Of a stretch of 64,000 nt of DNA, positions 45,626-63,458 are shown piece after piece (positions within the stretch are counted from its first letter, which is position 1; the number at the start of each line of letters is the position of its first letter). The notes under the pieces were generated by a model. It saw only the letters and a program-made list of their open reading frames with translations. It did not search any database and was not told where the DNA came from. A program made the position numbers and the translations under genes. The stretch lies in sequence record OQ031493.1; one strand, given 5' to 3'.

Positions 45626-45966
45626 TACTGATCCTTCATCTTAAATTCAATTATTGCTTCAACGTTATCTTTTAAATCTTGTTGCGATAATTTTAATGAA
45701 GCCCTATAACCTAAGCTATATAGAACGTCAACTAATGCATCAATGCTTAGAGCTGGTAAATTACACATTTTAATATTTTCACTAAGTTCATCAGAGATAC
45801 CTAGTTTAGTGAAAACATCGTCAATCAATACTTTTTGAGAAATGGCTTTTTGTCGAACAGTTTGTACAATTACAATAACTAGATTAGATTTGATATCGTT
45901 AGAATGTGATTTTTTATTATCACCATAAACTTCTTTAAATAAATTCTGATCCGCCATGATACCCAA
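45625..45966 (-). CDS. XRE-type helix-turn-helix protein
   Basis: ISQK...LGIS...LSIDALVDVLYSLG pattern of HigA2/HTH_37-like proteins. Confidence 0.6.
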   Translation of the reverse strand: MGIMADQNLFKEVYGDNKKSHSNDIKSNLVIVIVQTVRQKAISQKVLIDDVFTKLGISDELSENIKMCNLPALSIDALVDVLYSLGYRASLKLSQQDLKDNVEAIIEFKMKDQ

Positions 45967-46023
45967 TTCCTTAAATTATTAAAATGTATTATTTAACCAT
46001 TAAACTTTTTAATATAAAATGAC

Positions 46024-46044
46024 CAGTGGGTAATGCACCCACTG
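46024..46044 (-). terminator. intrinsic terminator
   Basis: cagtggg/cccactg stem followed by T-rich run. Confidence 0.65.
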
Positions 46045-46074
46045 ATCTTATTATATTGACATAGCTAGTATATA

Positions 46075-46479
46075 TTAGCTATTGACATCTTCAAAGAAGC
46101 TGGCTACACTTTCAACAACATCATTCATAGCGCTGCTCTTATATTTGGTATCTACCACCGTAACAAGCTCGCCTTTACGATCGATAATACCAGAAACAGT
46201 TGCACCACCTGCATTATAGGAATAACCCAGTTCAGCAATGTTTTCATTTTCTTTCATGTACGGTGCAGCTTTTTCAGCAAATACATAACTTACAGCTGCT
46301 GCCAGTTGCCCTGCACCTTCATGTACCTGAGCATACTGCTCGGCGGTCACGCCTGCCGGTTGTAGAACAACTTCTTCAAATAGGCCATCCGGGATTTCGA
46401 ATACCCCGGCATCGGACATGCTTACTTTTTCATTTAGGTTGTGGGTTTCGATAAACTTCTTGGTGGTTTCGATGGACAT
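46075..46479 (-). CDS. acidic hypothetical protein, probably highly expressed
   Basis: 134 aa, visibly higher G+C codon usage, GAGAG SD. Confidence 0.8.
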   Translation of the reverse strand: MSIETTKKFIETHNLNEKVSMSDAGVFEIPDGLFEEVVLQPAGVTAEQYAQVHEGAGQLAAAVSYVFAEKAAPYMKENENIAELGYSYNAGGATVSGIIDRKGELVTVVDTKYKSSAMNDVVESVASFFEDVNS

Positions 46480-46509
46480 TTTAGTACTCTCTCTATTTAG
46501 GGTGGTGGT

Positions 46510-46806
46510 TTAATTTACATCTTTCATTACAAAGCAACTACCATCATTAAAGACAATCTTAATTGGATTGTCAGTTAATGGTCGTTTATATACAACACAT
46601 TTTACATCGGGGAGTTTAACTACTTCTTTTAAAGCATCTGGCATACCAATTAGATTAATGGTGGCTGCTACTTTATTTAGTGTGTCAAGATGTGAAATCA
46701 GCTCATGTGCTGACTTAACCAAATCTACCATTGTTTTGTCTTTATCTACCATGCTAGTTACTCGATTTGATATATGATGCACATACATCGCCAAAGTCTT
46801 CGCCAC
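46510..46806 (-). CDS. hypothetical protein
   Basis: 98-aa ORF. Confidence 0.65.
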   Translation of the reverse strand: MAKTLAMYVHHISNRVTSMVDKDKTMVDLVKSAHELISHLDTLNKVAATINLIGMPDALKEVVKLPDVKCVVYKRPLTDNPIKIVFNDGSCFVMKDVN

Positions 46807-47248
46807 TAGTATCAGCTACAATTGCAACTGGTGACCATCGAGCGGCAACAGCCTCACATACACCGATCGAATTCACTCGACGAATCGCATGAGCACCAGT
46901 ATCAATTACACTGAAACTGAGTTCACTAATGATTTCCACTCCTTTTAGTTCAGCGCTACTATCAATAACCTGGGTACTAATTAGATAGTTAGCTGTATCA
47001 TTATTATACGCAAGTACTAGTCTAAAAACCATGAGGGAGTTATCATTATCGGTGATGCCAGCGACTAGCTCATGATTCGAAGTGAGTGTATAGATACAAC
47101 TACTTTCTTGAGTGGTAATTGGTAATCCTGGTGAAGAACTATATACACTAGGTGCATTAGCTGTATGTAGTTCAAACTTATTTACAGCGGAGTTAGGACC
47201 AGGAACTTTATAACCAATAGGTCGGGCAGTGAAGATTACAACGTTCAT
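46754..47248 (-). CDS. hypothetical early protein
   Basis: 164 aa, GAGGA SD, first gene after promoter 47294. Confidence 0.75.
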   Translation of the reverse strand: MNVVIFTARPIGYKVPGPNSAVNKFELHTANAPSVYSSSPGLPITTQESSCIYTLTSNHELVAGITDNDNSLMVFRLVLAYNNDTANYLISTQVIDSSAELKGVEIISELSFSVIDTGAHAIRRVNSIGVCEAVAARWSPVAIVADTSGEDFGDVCASYIKSSN

Positions 47249-47293
47249 TATGATTCCTCTTTACTAGATAGTTATTTTCCTAATTACACATTA

Positions 47294-47301
47294 GTAATAT
47301 A
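47294..47301 (-). promoter_or_regulatory. early promoter TATATTAC
   Basis: exact octamer downstream of terminator 47332-47349. Confidence 0.75.
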
Positions 47302-47331
47302 AATCTCAAATTTTTTTTAATACGATATAAA

Positions 47332-47349
47332 GCCTCCCCGAAGGGAGGC
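47332..47349 (-). terminator. intrinsic terminator (UUCG loop)
   Basis: gcctccc-TTCG-gggaggc then TTTAT. Confidence 0.8.
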
Positions 47350-47355
47350 AATATG

Positions 47356-48075
47356 TTAATTACCACTATAGGTACCTTCAGTACCTTGTTCTTTACGCCG
47401 TACTAAGCGTTGATGAATTGCACTAAGAGCACGGTCCATTGAATTAATCACTACCTGATTCTCTTCACATGCAAATGGGCCTGTTTGGTAACCTTCAAAT
47501 AAATCTTTAACGATTTTAATTAGACAGTCAGCAGTTAGGCCATTTACACCAACTTCTGGAACAAGTCCATTCTGCATTAGGATAACACATTCAGTCAGGT
47601 TATCACCAGGCATAGCAGCTGGGTTAGTCTGAGCATTATAACCAGTTACCACATAACGTTTAGTTGCACCTGATTTCTGGTCAATGCCACTTGCTTCAAT
47701 ATTTAGACCATTTTCATCAAAATGTTCATGGCCATAAATACCTTGCATAGTTACCCATCCACCATCTTCTTGATAAATCCAATCTACCCCATTTACATGA
47801 TAAGTATCGCCTGGTTCAGGGTCAGCTGGAAGATCTTTAGTAGTGGTTAATGCACGGATACGCGCATATTCTTCAATTGCAATTTGTATATCAGTTGCAG
47901 TTATATTCTTCTCAGTTTCAGAAGCTTCGTCATGTTGTGATTTATCACTACCTTCCTTTTGGTCATTATCCATATCAGAAGCATCTACTGTACTTTTAGC
48001 TTCTTTACTTTCTAAGGAAGCTAACCACTCAAGATTAGGTTTAGACATACTTACCTCAATAAATGAAACCACCAA
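47356..48075 (-). CDS. tad1: Tad1-like nucleotide-signal sponge with acidic N-terminal extension (likely start MSKPN, 48048)
   Basis: C-terminal MQNG..PEVGVNG...LIKIVKD...YQTGPFACEEN......ALSAIHQR..RR...GTEGT parallels Tad1 FQKG......QHG...LLEIVRD...FQAGPFSSREN......ALMWMNRR..DR...VLGT. Confidence 0.8.
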   Translation of the reverse strand: MVVSFIEVSMSKPNLEWLASLESKEAKSTVDASDMDNDQKEGSDKSQHDEASETEKNITATDIQIAIEEYARIRALTTTKDLPADPEPGDTYHVNGVDWIYQEDGGWVTMQGIYGHEHFDENGLNIEASGIDQKSGATKRYVVTGYNAQTNPAAMPGDNLTECVILMQNGLVPEVGVNGLTADCLIKIVKDLFEGYQTGPFACEENQVVINSMDRALSAIHQRLVRRKEQGTEGTYSGN

Positions 48076-48361
48076 TGTAAAGTGACACTACAACATCGGC
48101 AACCCGAGGGTCTTGTGAATATTTAGATTTGACTAGTTTAATAAGTTCGGCTCGATTTTTAATGAAGCCTAGTTTCTTATTATCAATTTCTTCAGCTTCA
48201 ATTAGGAAGTCATTTAACTTCTTCTTACTACCCAGTACATTAATCACCATTTGATCAATAACTGCATTAGTATTTGATAGTTTAGTTAACTCTTGTTCAA
48301 AAACTTCCTTACGTCCTTCTGATCCAATTAGAGCAAGACCGATCTTTTTAAGTAGAGACAT
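48056..48361 (-). CDS. hypothetical protein
   Basis: 101-aa ORF between the gp182-like and Tad1-like genes. Confidence 0.7.
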   Translation of the reverse strand: MSLLKKIGLALIGSEGRKEVFEQELTKLSNTNAVIDQMVINVLGSKKKLNDFLIEAEEIDNKKLGFIKNRAELIKLVKSKYSQDPRVADVVVSLYIGGFIY

Positions 48362-48419
48362 GTTAATTACCTATTACATTGGTTTAAGAATGGTTACAAT
48401 AAATAACTATTCCAAGTAT

Positions 48420-57192
<8,773 letters not shown>

Positions 57193-57255
57193 TGACGATT
57201 AGTAAAGTATCATATCGTTGTTTAACTTAGTATTACCAAAATAGGAAAATAGAAA

Positions 57256-58908
57256 ATGAAGAAGGCATTAGTTCCTTTTAATATTTCTTTACTTATTCCT
57301 ACTAAAGAACAATTAAAGTTCTTAGGTCAAGTAAAGAGTCATGAGATATTTGAAGGTTTAGGTGGTAACTTTCATGAAGATGGTTTGTTCTCTGTTTCCA
57401 TTTTTGGAAGAGTTGGATCAACTGATCGTGAGAGTTTATTTGGATATATTCATTTAGGTTTAGAACTTATCCATCCAGCTGTATATCGAAACTTAATTAA
57501 ATTAAAAGCTTTCTATGAAGAAATTATTCTTGGTAAGGCATTTGCAGTATTTGACGAATCTATTAAAGATTTTATCCGCGCCGATGAACTAACTGGTAAA
57601 ACTGGTTATACATTCTTTTTTGATAACTGGAAACGAATTGACTTTGGGTCCACTAAGTCAGGGGTTCGGCTATCAAGGTTACAATTAATCGAAAAATATA
57701 AAGATAACTGTATTTTTAAAGACATGCTTGTAACACCAGCCGCTTATCGTGATGCAGAGATTGATGAGAATAATCGTGTTGAGATGGATGAGATCAATGA
57801 ACACTATAGGTATCTATTAAATCAGTCGTTTGGTGTACCTGATAGCTTTGGACCAAATGATGACTTGAGTATCTATGATCGCAAACGAGTAGCAATGCAA
57901 AACACCGTATTAGCTATTTATGAACATTATGAACGACTGCTATCCGGTAAACGTGGATACATTCAATCTAAATGGGCATCCCGTCGTATTGCCAATGGTA
58001 CACGTAACGTCATTAGTTCGCTAGATACTAATGCTGCTGATCTTGATTCACCTAATCGACCAACATTCAAAGATGCCGTAGTTGGCTTACATCAAGCAGC
58101 TCGTTCAGTTGCACCGCGTACAATCTTTGCACTAAGGCAAGGTGTAGTTGGTGAAGTGTTTGATACAGTTACTAACACTGTACAGCTCATCAATAAGAAA
58201 ACACTACGTTTAGAATGGGTTGATATCTCTAACGAAGATATGGATCTATGGGGAACTCCTGAAGGGCAAGAACAAATCATCAATGAGTTAGATGTCATTG
58301 AAAAACGTTCACGTGCAATTGAAATTGCTGATCATTATCTAGCCCTTATTTACGTTGATGATAAACAGAATTTTAAAATATTCCGCAACATCGATGAGTT
58401 ACCTACTAATCTAAATAAGAAATTTGTTAGACCTATTACTTATGCCGAATTAGTTTACCTTAGTGGATTAAGTATGTGGCGAACAAACTCAGCGTTTGTT
58501 ACACGATATCCTGTAGAAAACTACAATAGCTCTATCCCCTGTAAGATGTATGTTAAAACAACCGTAGTGGGTGAATTACGTTATCCGTTAAATGATCAAT
58601 GGGAACGTGATGATACGTTGGAACCAGCCTTAGAATTCCCTGTGTTTGAATTAAATAAACCAGCCCAGTGGCATGACTCAGTATCCATCTCTCCTTCTAT
58701 TCTCGCGCCATTGGGGGCGGATTTCGACGGGGACACTGTATCATTTAACGCAGTTTATTCAGAGGAAGCTATCGCTGAAACAGATGCTTTCTTTAAGAAA
58801 CGTATTGCATATATACATGCCGATGGTCGACTGGCATTTAGTGTTGGTATCCATACACTCAATTTAACTCTTCGGTACATGACTGGGGAACCCAAACAAA
58901 GGGATTAA
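57256..58908 (+). CDS. rpoC: virion RNA polymerase beta' subunit (catalytic part, phiKZ gp180-like)
   Basis: GLFS..IFG, FGYIHL, LSGKRG, VTRYP, LGADFDGD catalytic motif. Confidence 0.92.
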   Translation: MKKALVPFNISLLIPTKEQLKFLGQVKSHEIFEGLGGNFHEDGLFSVSIFGRVGSTDRESLFGYIHLGLELIHPAVYRNLIKLKAFYEEIILGKAFAVFDESIKDFIRADELTGKTGYTFFFDNWKRIDFGSTKSGVRLSRLQLIEKYKDNCIFKDMLVTPAAYRDAEIDENNRVEMDEINEHYRYLLNQSFGVPDSFGPNDDLSIYDRKRVAMQNTVLAIYEHYERLLSGKRGYIQSKWASRRIANGTRNVISSLDTNAADLDSPNRPTFKDAVVGLHQAARSVAPRTIFALRQGVVGEVFDTVTNTVQLINKKTLRLEWVDISNEDMDLWGTPEGQEQIINELDVIEKRSRAIEIADHYLALIYVDDKQNFKIFRNIDELPTNLNKKFVRPITYAELVYLSGLSMWRTNSAFVTRYPVENYNSSIPCKMYVKTTVVGELRYPLNDQWERDDTLEPALEFPVFELNKPAQWHDSVSISPSILAPLGADFDGDTVSFNAVYSEEAIAETDAFFKKRIAYIHADGRLAFSVGIHTLNLTLRYMTGEPKQRD

Positions 58909-58910
58909 TC

Positions 58911-61900
58911 ATGCGCTTAAATATTACACAGTTTCTGAAAAATTATAGTGTACGCGAATATGCTAAACTTCAGTCACCTAAGTTGCATGCTCTAAATAAA
59001 CTTGATCTACCTTTCGAATCCATTTATCAGTTCTTCGATGGTAATAATGCAGTAATGGGTCCTAGTCAAACAGACCCATTATTCTCCAAACATCAAGGTA
59101 AAGTATATATTGAGCATGTTACTGATATGCTTACATTTGAAGGTAATCCACGTAGGACTTCAAATATCCCAGCAACAATGATTCAAGAGTTTCGCCGCCA
59201 GAACCGTTTCTTTAAACCTTTACGCAGTGATACCGGTTTTAAATTATCAAACCAGAACATTCTGGTAATGAATTATAATTTAATTAACCCTCAATGGAAT
59301 TATATGGCTTCTTATAAAGCTACATGGTTCCGTTGGTCAAATGACATGCGTACATTCTGGAGTGGCGTAGCGGCTGCATGTGAACGTTTTCCTGGTTGGA
59401 ACCAGTTCATTGATGTACACTTACCTGAGTTAGTTCCACCTCCTTCTTCTTTTAATAAACTACGAGGGGGTTTAACTCAAGATCTAGCTAATCAATTCAA
59501 TACACCTGATATTCTAAATATATTTGATTTAGTTCGCTGGGTTTCTGATGATCGTGAAAGTTCTTTCATGAATGTCATCGATGCTAAGTATTACGGTAAC
59601 ATTAATCTTTTATTCCGTGTACAAAGTTCATTCTTTGTTATTAACTTAGGGATGCTTGATCAATGGCGTCGTGATCCAGAAATTAAAGATGATAAAGGTT
59701 ATGATACCCAGCAAATAGCTAGGCGCCTTATTTCACTAGTATCAGCGATGGTTGAATATAACCAAGGTAATACTTCATTAATTAAAGAAGATACGCCTAT
59801 CTTTAATGAAGATATTATTGTTGATGAAGAAACTCCGGTTAGTTATGAAGAAGGTGAAGCAGAAGAGGTTGAGGATGTTGAGTCTAATAACGTTGAAGAA
59901 GAAGTAACTGAAGTTGATGTTATTGATGATGTTCAATTTGACCCAACCAACTTAACTAACTTAATTGATATTGGCGCAATTGAGGTAACATATACCCCAC
60001 CACCAGAAAGTGATCTTGAGGTAACAAAGCTTATCATTGAAAAAGATCCACTGGAATCTTCACCTTCTCGCCAAATTAAAGAAGAGAAGGAACTCATTGT
60101 AACAGATGTACCAGAAGATGAGTTATTCATCAATACTGAAGTTGATGAAGAAGATAAACTAATCGATGCCATTAGAGCTAAAGCATACGACATGTATCGC
60201 GTGAATATGATTTCTGCGAATACATTCGAGCAAGCTCAAGAAGATTCGATTATGTATCGTCGTCTACCTGATCCATTTACCGATCCTAATGATGAATCAG
60301 TAGAACCTATGACGATCGCTGAGGCGATGGAATATCATCCAGATGATCTTAAGATTCCAGAAGACACCACTTTTGAAGATAAGCCAACCATTGTTGATAA
60401 ATCAATGTTGGGTAGTAAGTTAAAAGCCATCCAACGCAAATACAACAAGGTCTTATTAAAGAAAGATATTTTAAACAGTGTGTTATCTGTTCAGAAACAA
60501 GGCGTATCAGTAACTAATTACAAAATTGAAACTGTACGCGATTCTGGTAACCATTACCAAATCCACAAAGTTACATTAAAGCCTATTCGTGGTAGAAGTT
60601 CACAAGTAATGTTCCGTATCCCTGTCATTGATAATGACGGTAGGTTCATGTCTAATGGGGTAACATATCGCCAACGTTTACAACGTGCTGATATTCCAAT
60701 TCGTAAAGTTAATCCACGTAAAGTTGCATTGACCTCTTATTATAATAAGACCTTTGTGACCAGATCTGAACGTGCTGAAAACAACTTTGATAATTGGTTA
60801 ATCAGAGCGATTACCAACCGTGCATTAGATGGAAGTGATATGTCTGTACATTCAGTTACCTATGCTGAATTAGATCAATCCAACTATGTTCTACCAAGGG
60901 TGTACACTACTTTAGGAACAGCTTTTAAAGGCTTCCATAATCACCGTAATGTGTTCTATTTTAATTTCAAAGATCGTAATGAATTCTTTGCAAAACAAGG
61001 ATTACACATCGAAGATTATGAAACTGATGATTTGATAATGGTGGGGTTCAATGGCACTGATGCTATCTTGTTAGATAAGAATTCCATCTTTTACATGAAA
61101 ACAGGTAATGAGCTAGAACCTATTGGTACCATTACAGATATACTTGGCTTAGATCTAACCAAAGCGCCGTTAGAAGCTATTCTAATGTCAATTGGTGGTA
61201 AAGAGCTACCATTAGGTTTCATTTTAGCATATCACCATGGCTTAAACAATCTACTTAAGAAGTTGAATGTTAATTATCAGCGTCATCAGCGTGGTACCAG
61301 GATTGTTGTCAATAGTACGGATTATACATTAGCGTTCGCTGATGAGATCCTAGTATTTGATCGAGCTGATTATAAAGCAATGCTTGTATTAAGTGGACTC
61401 AAACGTTATCATAAATCACTGCGGCGTTATTCTGTTTATGATTTCAATAAACGAGATGTTTACTTCAGGGTTCTTGAAGAAGCTGGATTAAGTAATAGAT
61501 TTACACGTGATATTGATACACTCTTCTCAGCATGGGTCGATCCAATCACTGAGGGTCTACTCAAGGAGATGGGTGAACCAACTACTTTTGAAGGATTGCT
61601 TTATCGGTCTGTCGAGTTATTAACGAACGACTGGAGTCCAGCAGAAGTAGATGGTGCATATATGCGCTATCGTGGTTATGAGCGCATGGCAGGGGCTATT
61701 TTTAATGAACTCAATAGAGCGGTACGTGTATTTAATATGCGTAATGGTGGGTCAGTGCAAACTGTCGAGTTAGATCCACACGTGATCTGGCGCAAGATTG
61801 TACAAGATCCGACAGTAGCCACTATTGAAGATTCTAACCCCATTGCAAATATCCGTGAACAAGAAGCGATGACTTATCGTGGAGATGGTGGACGCGGTCC

Positions 61901-63266
61901 AACTTCAATGGTTGCACGTACACGTATTTACGGTGAAGCGGATGTTGGTGTGGTTAGTGAATCAACTGTGGACTCAGGTGACGTTGGTGTTATTGCTTAC
62001 TTAGTACCTGATGCTAACTTTGTAAACATGCGTGGTGTTACGCGTATGTTTGATCCAAAGACAGATGGGCCAGCTAGACTACTCTCAACTAGTGCACTGC
62101 TTGGTGTTGCAACCGAACATGATGACCCTAAGCGAATTAACTTTATATCAATTCAGCAGCAGCAAGGTATTTATGCTGATGGGTATACAGTTACACCAGT
62201 TCGTACAGGCTATGAACAAATCATAGCCCAAAGGACTAGTTCTATCTTTGCTGTAGCAGCAGAACAAGATGGTGAAGTTGTAGCTATTGATGAATATGGT
62301 ATCCAAGTTAAATATGCTGATGGTAATGTATTTGGATATCAATTAGGTACAGTTCATGGCACAGCAGCTGGTGTTAACTACCCACACATTCTTGTTACCT
62401 CATTAAAGAAAGGTGATAAGTTTAAACGTGGAGATACTATCACATATAACAAACGTTATTTCTCTGAAGATAGGTATACGCCTGGGCAAGTATTATGGAA
62501 AGCCGGTTGTATGGCTGTTGTAGCATTTGATGATAACCTTGACACTTTAGAAGACGGTTCAGTTATTTCTGAAGACCTAGCTAAAAGGTTAAATACTCAA
62601 ACAACTGCAATCAAGAATATCGATGTTAGGTTTGATCAGACTATTCGAGATATGGTGAAAGTTGGGGATCATGTCGACTTAAATTCAATTCTATGTATAA
62701 TTGAAGATCCTGAAACAGCTGCTCACTCACTATATGACGAGGCATCTATTGAGACATTACGCAAACTATCAGCATATTCGCCACGTGCTAAGCTCGTAGG
62801 TACAGTATCAAAGATTGAATGCTTCTATCATGGTGAAATAGACGATATGACACCAAGTTTACAAGCATTAGCTAATACGTCAGATAAACAACGCGCTGAA
62901 CGAGCTAAATCATTGAAAGAACCTACTTTCACTGGACAAGTAGATGCTAACTATCGAGTGAAAGGACGAGCCTTAGAATATGACCACATGATTATTCGAG
63001 TGTATATCGATCATGATATCCCATGTGGTGTTGGAGATAAAGGCGTAGTAGCTAACCAGATGAAAACGGTATTCTCCCGTGTAATGACTGGACGTAATGA
63101 AACTGAAGATGGCCGTAATATTGATCTACTATTCGGTAATACATCGGTAGAAGAACGAATGGTTCTATCTCCTAAAATCATTGCTACAACAACTGGTATC
63201 TTGTGGGCAGCTGGAAAACATCTTGTAGCTGTATATAGAGGAAACACTAATGCAAAAGCTAAGTAA
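58911..63266 (+). CDS. rpoB: virion RNA polymerase beta subunit (phiKZ gp178-like)
   Basis: 1451 aa; FMSNG, ESTVDSGDVG, HDDPKR, SIQQQQ, EDG, GDK...NQMKT; adjacent to beta'. Confidence 0.9.
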   Translation: MRLNITQFLKNYSVREYAKLQSPKLHALNKLDLPFESIYQFFDGNNAVMGPSQTDPLFSKHQGKVYIEHVTDMLTFEGNPRRTSNIPATMIQEFRRQNRFFKPLRSDTGFKLSNQNILVMNYNLINPQWNYMASYKATWFRWSNDMRTFWSGVAAACERFPGWNQFIDVHLPELVPPPSSFNKLRGGLTQDLANQFNTPDILNIFDLVRWVSDDRESSFMNVIDAKYYGNINLLFRVQSSFFVINLGMLDQWRRDPEIKDDKGYDTQQIARRLISLVSAMVEYNQGNTSLIKEDTPIFNEDIIVDEETPVSYEEGEAEEVEDVESNNVEEEVTEVDVIDDVQFDPTNLTNLIDIGAIEVTYTPPPESDLEVTKLIIEKDPLESSPSRQIKEEKELIVTDVPEDELFINTEVDEEDKLIDAIRAKAYDMYRVNMISANTFEQAQEDSIMYRRLPDPFTDPNDESVEPMTIAEAMEYHPDDLKIPEDTTFEDKPTIVDKSMLGSKLKAIQRKYNKVLLKKDILNSVLSVQKQGVSVTNYKIETVRDSGNHYQIHKVTLKPIRGRSSQVMFRIPVIDNDGRFMSNGVTYRQRLQRADIPIRKVNPRKVALTSYYNKTFVTRSERAENNFDNWLIRAITNRALDGSDMSVHSVTYAELDQSNYVLPRVYTTLGTAFKGFHNHRNVFYFNFKDRNEFFAKQGLHIEDYETDDLIMVGFNGTDAILLDKNSIFYMKTGNELEPIGTITDILGLDLTKAPLEAILMSIGGKELPLGFILAYHHGLNNLLKKLNVNYQRHQRGTRIVVNSTDYTLAFADEILVFDRADYKAMLVLSGLKRYHKSLRRYSVYDFNKRDVYFRVLEEAGLSNRFTRDIDTLFSAWVDPITEGLLKEMGEPTTFEGLLYRSVELLTNDWSPAEVDGAYMRYRGYERMAGAIFNELNRAVRVFNMRNGGSVQTVELDPHVIWRKIVQDPTVATIEDSNPIANIREQEAMTYRGDGGRGPTSMVARTRIYGEADVGVVSESTVDSGDVGVIAYLVPDANFVNMRGVTRMFDPKTDGPARLLSTSALLGVATEHDDPKRINFISIQQQQGIYADGYTVTPVRTGYEQIIAQRTSSIFAVAAEQDGEVVAIDEYGIQVKYADGNVFGYQLGTVHGTAAGVNYPHILVTSLKKGDKFKRGDTITYNKRYFSEDRYTPGQVLWKAGCMAVVAFDDNLDTLEDGSVISEDLAKRLNTQTTAIKNIDVRFDQTIRDMVKVGDHVDLNSILCIIEDPETAAHSLYDEASIETLRKLSAYSPRAKLVGTVSKIECFYHGEIDDMTPSLQALANTSDKQRAERAKSLKEPTFTGQVDANYRVKGRALEYDHMIIRVYIDHDIPCGVGDKGVVANQMKTVFSRVMTGRNETEDGRNIDLLFGNTSVEERMVLSPKIIATTTGILWAAGKHLVAVYRGNTNAKAK

Positions 63267-63447
63267 TAATGTAGCACATGGTCAGAACATTGCTGTTCTT
63301 CATGCTGCTGTTAAACTAGGTACTCAAGCAATTCTACAATCGCTTGGTGGCACCACCAGCTCCCCATCTCTGAATGGGGAGTTTTTAACTGAGGCTGATA
63401 TTGCAGCAGCTTTAAACGCTCGCTTAATGAAGAACCTCAATATCTAA
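63250..63447 (+). CDS. small hypothetical protein
   Basis: 65-aa ORF overlapping the rpoB stop, in the conserved phiKZ-like position. Confidence 0.55.
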   Translation: MQKLSNNVAHGQNIAVLHAAVKLGTQAILQSLGGTTSSPSLNGEFLTEADIAAALNARLMKNLNI

Positions 63448-63458
63448 GGAGTGTTAAA

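Noticed and set aside
57256-63266. Introns or inteins in the RNAP genes (common in jumbo phages)
   Set aside because: Both ORFs are continuous and of expected size; no LAGLIDADG, HNH or splice-junction motifs seen
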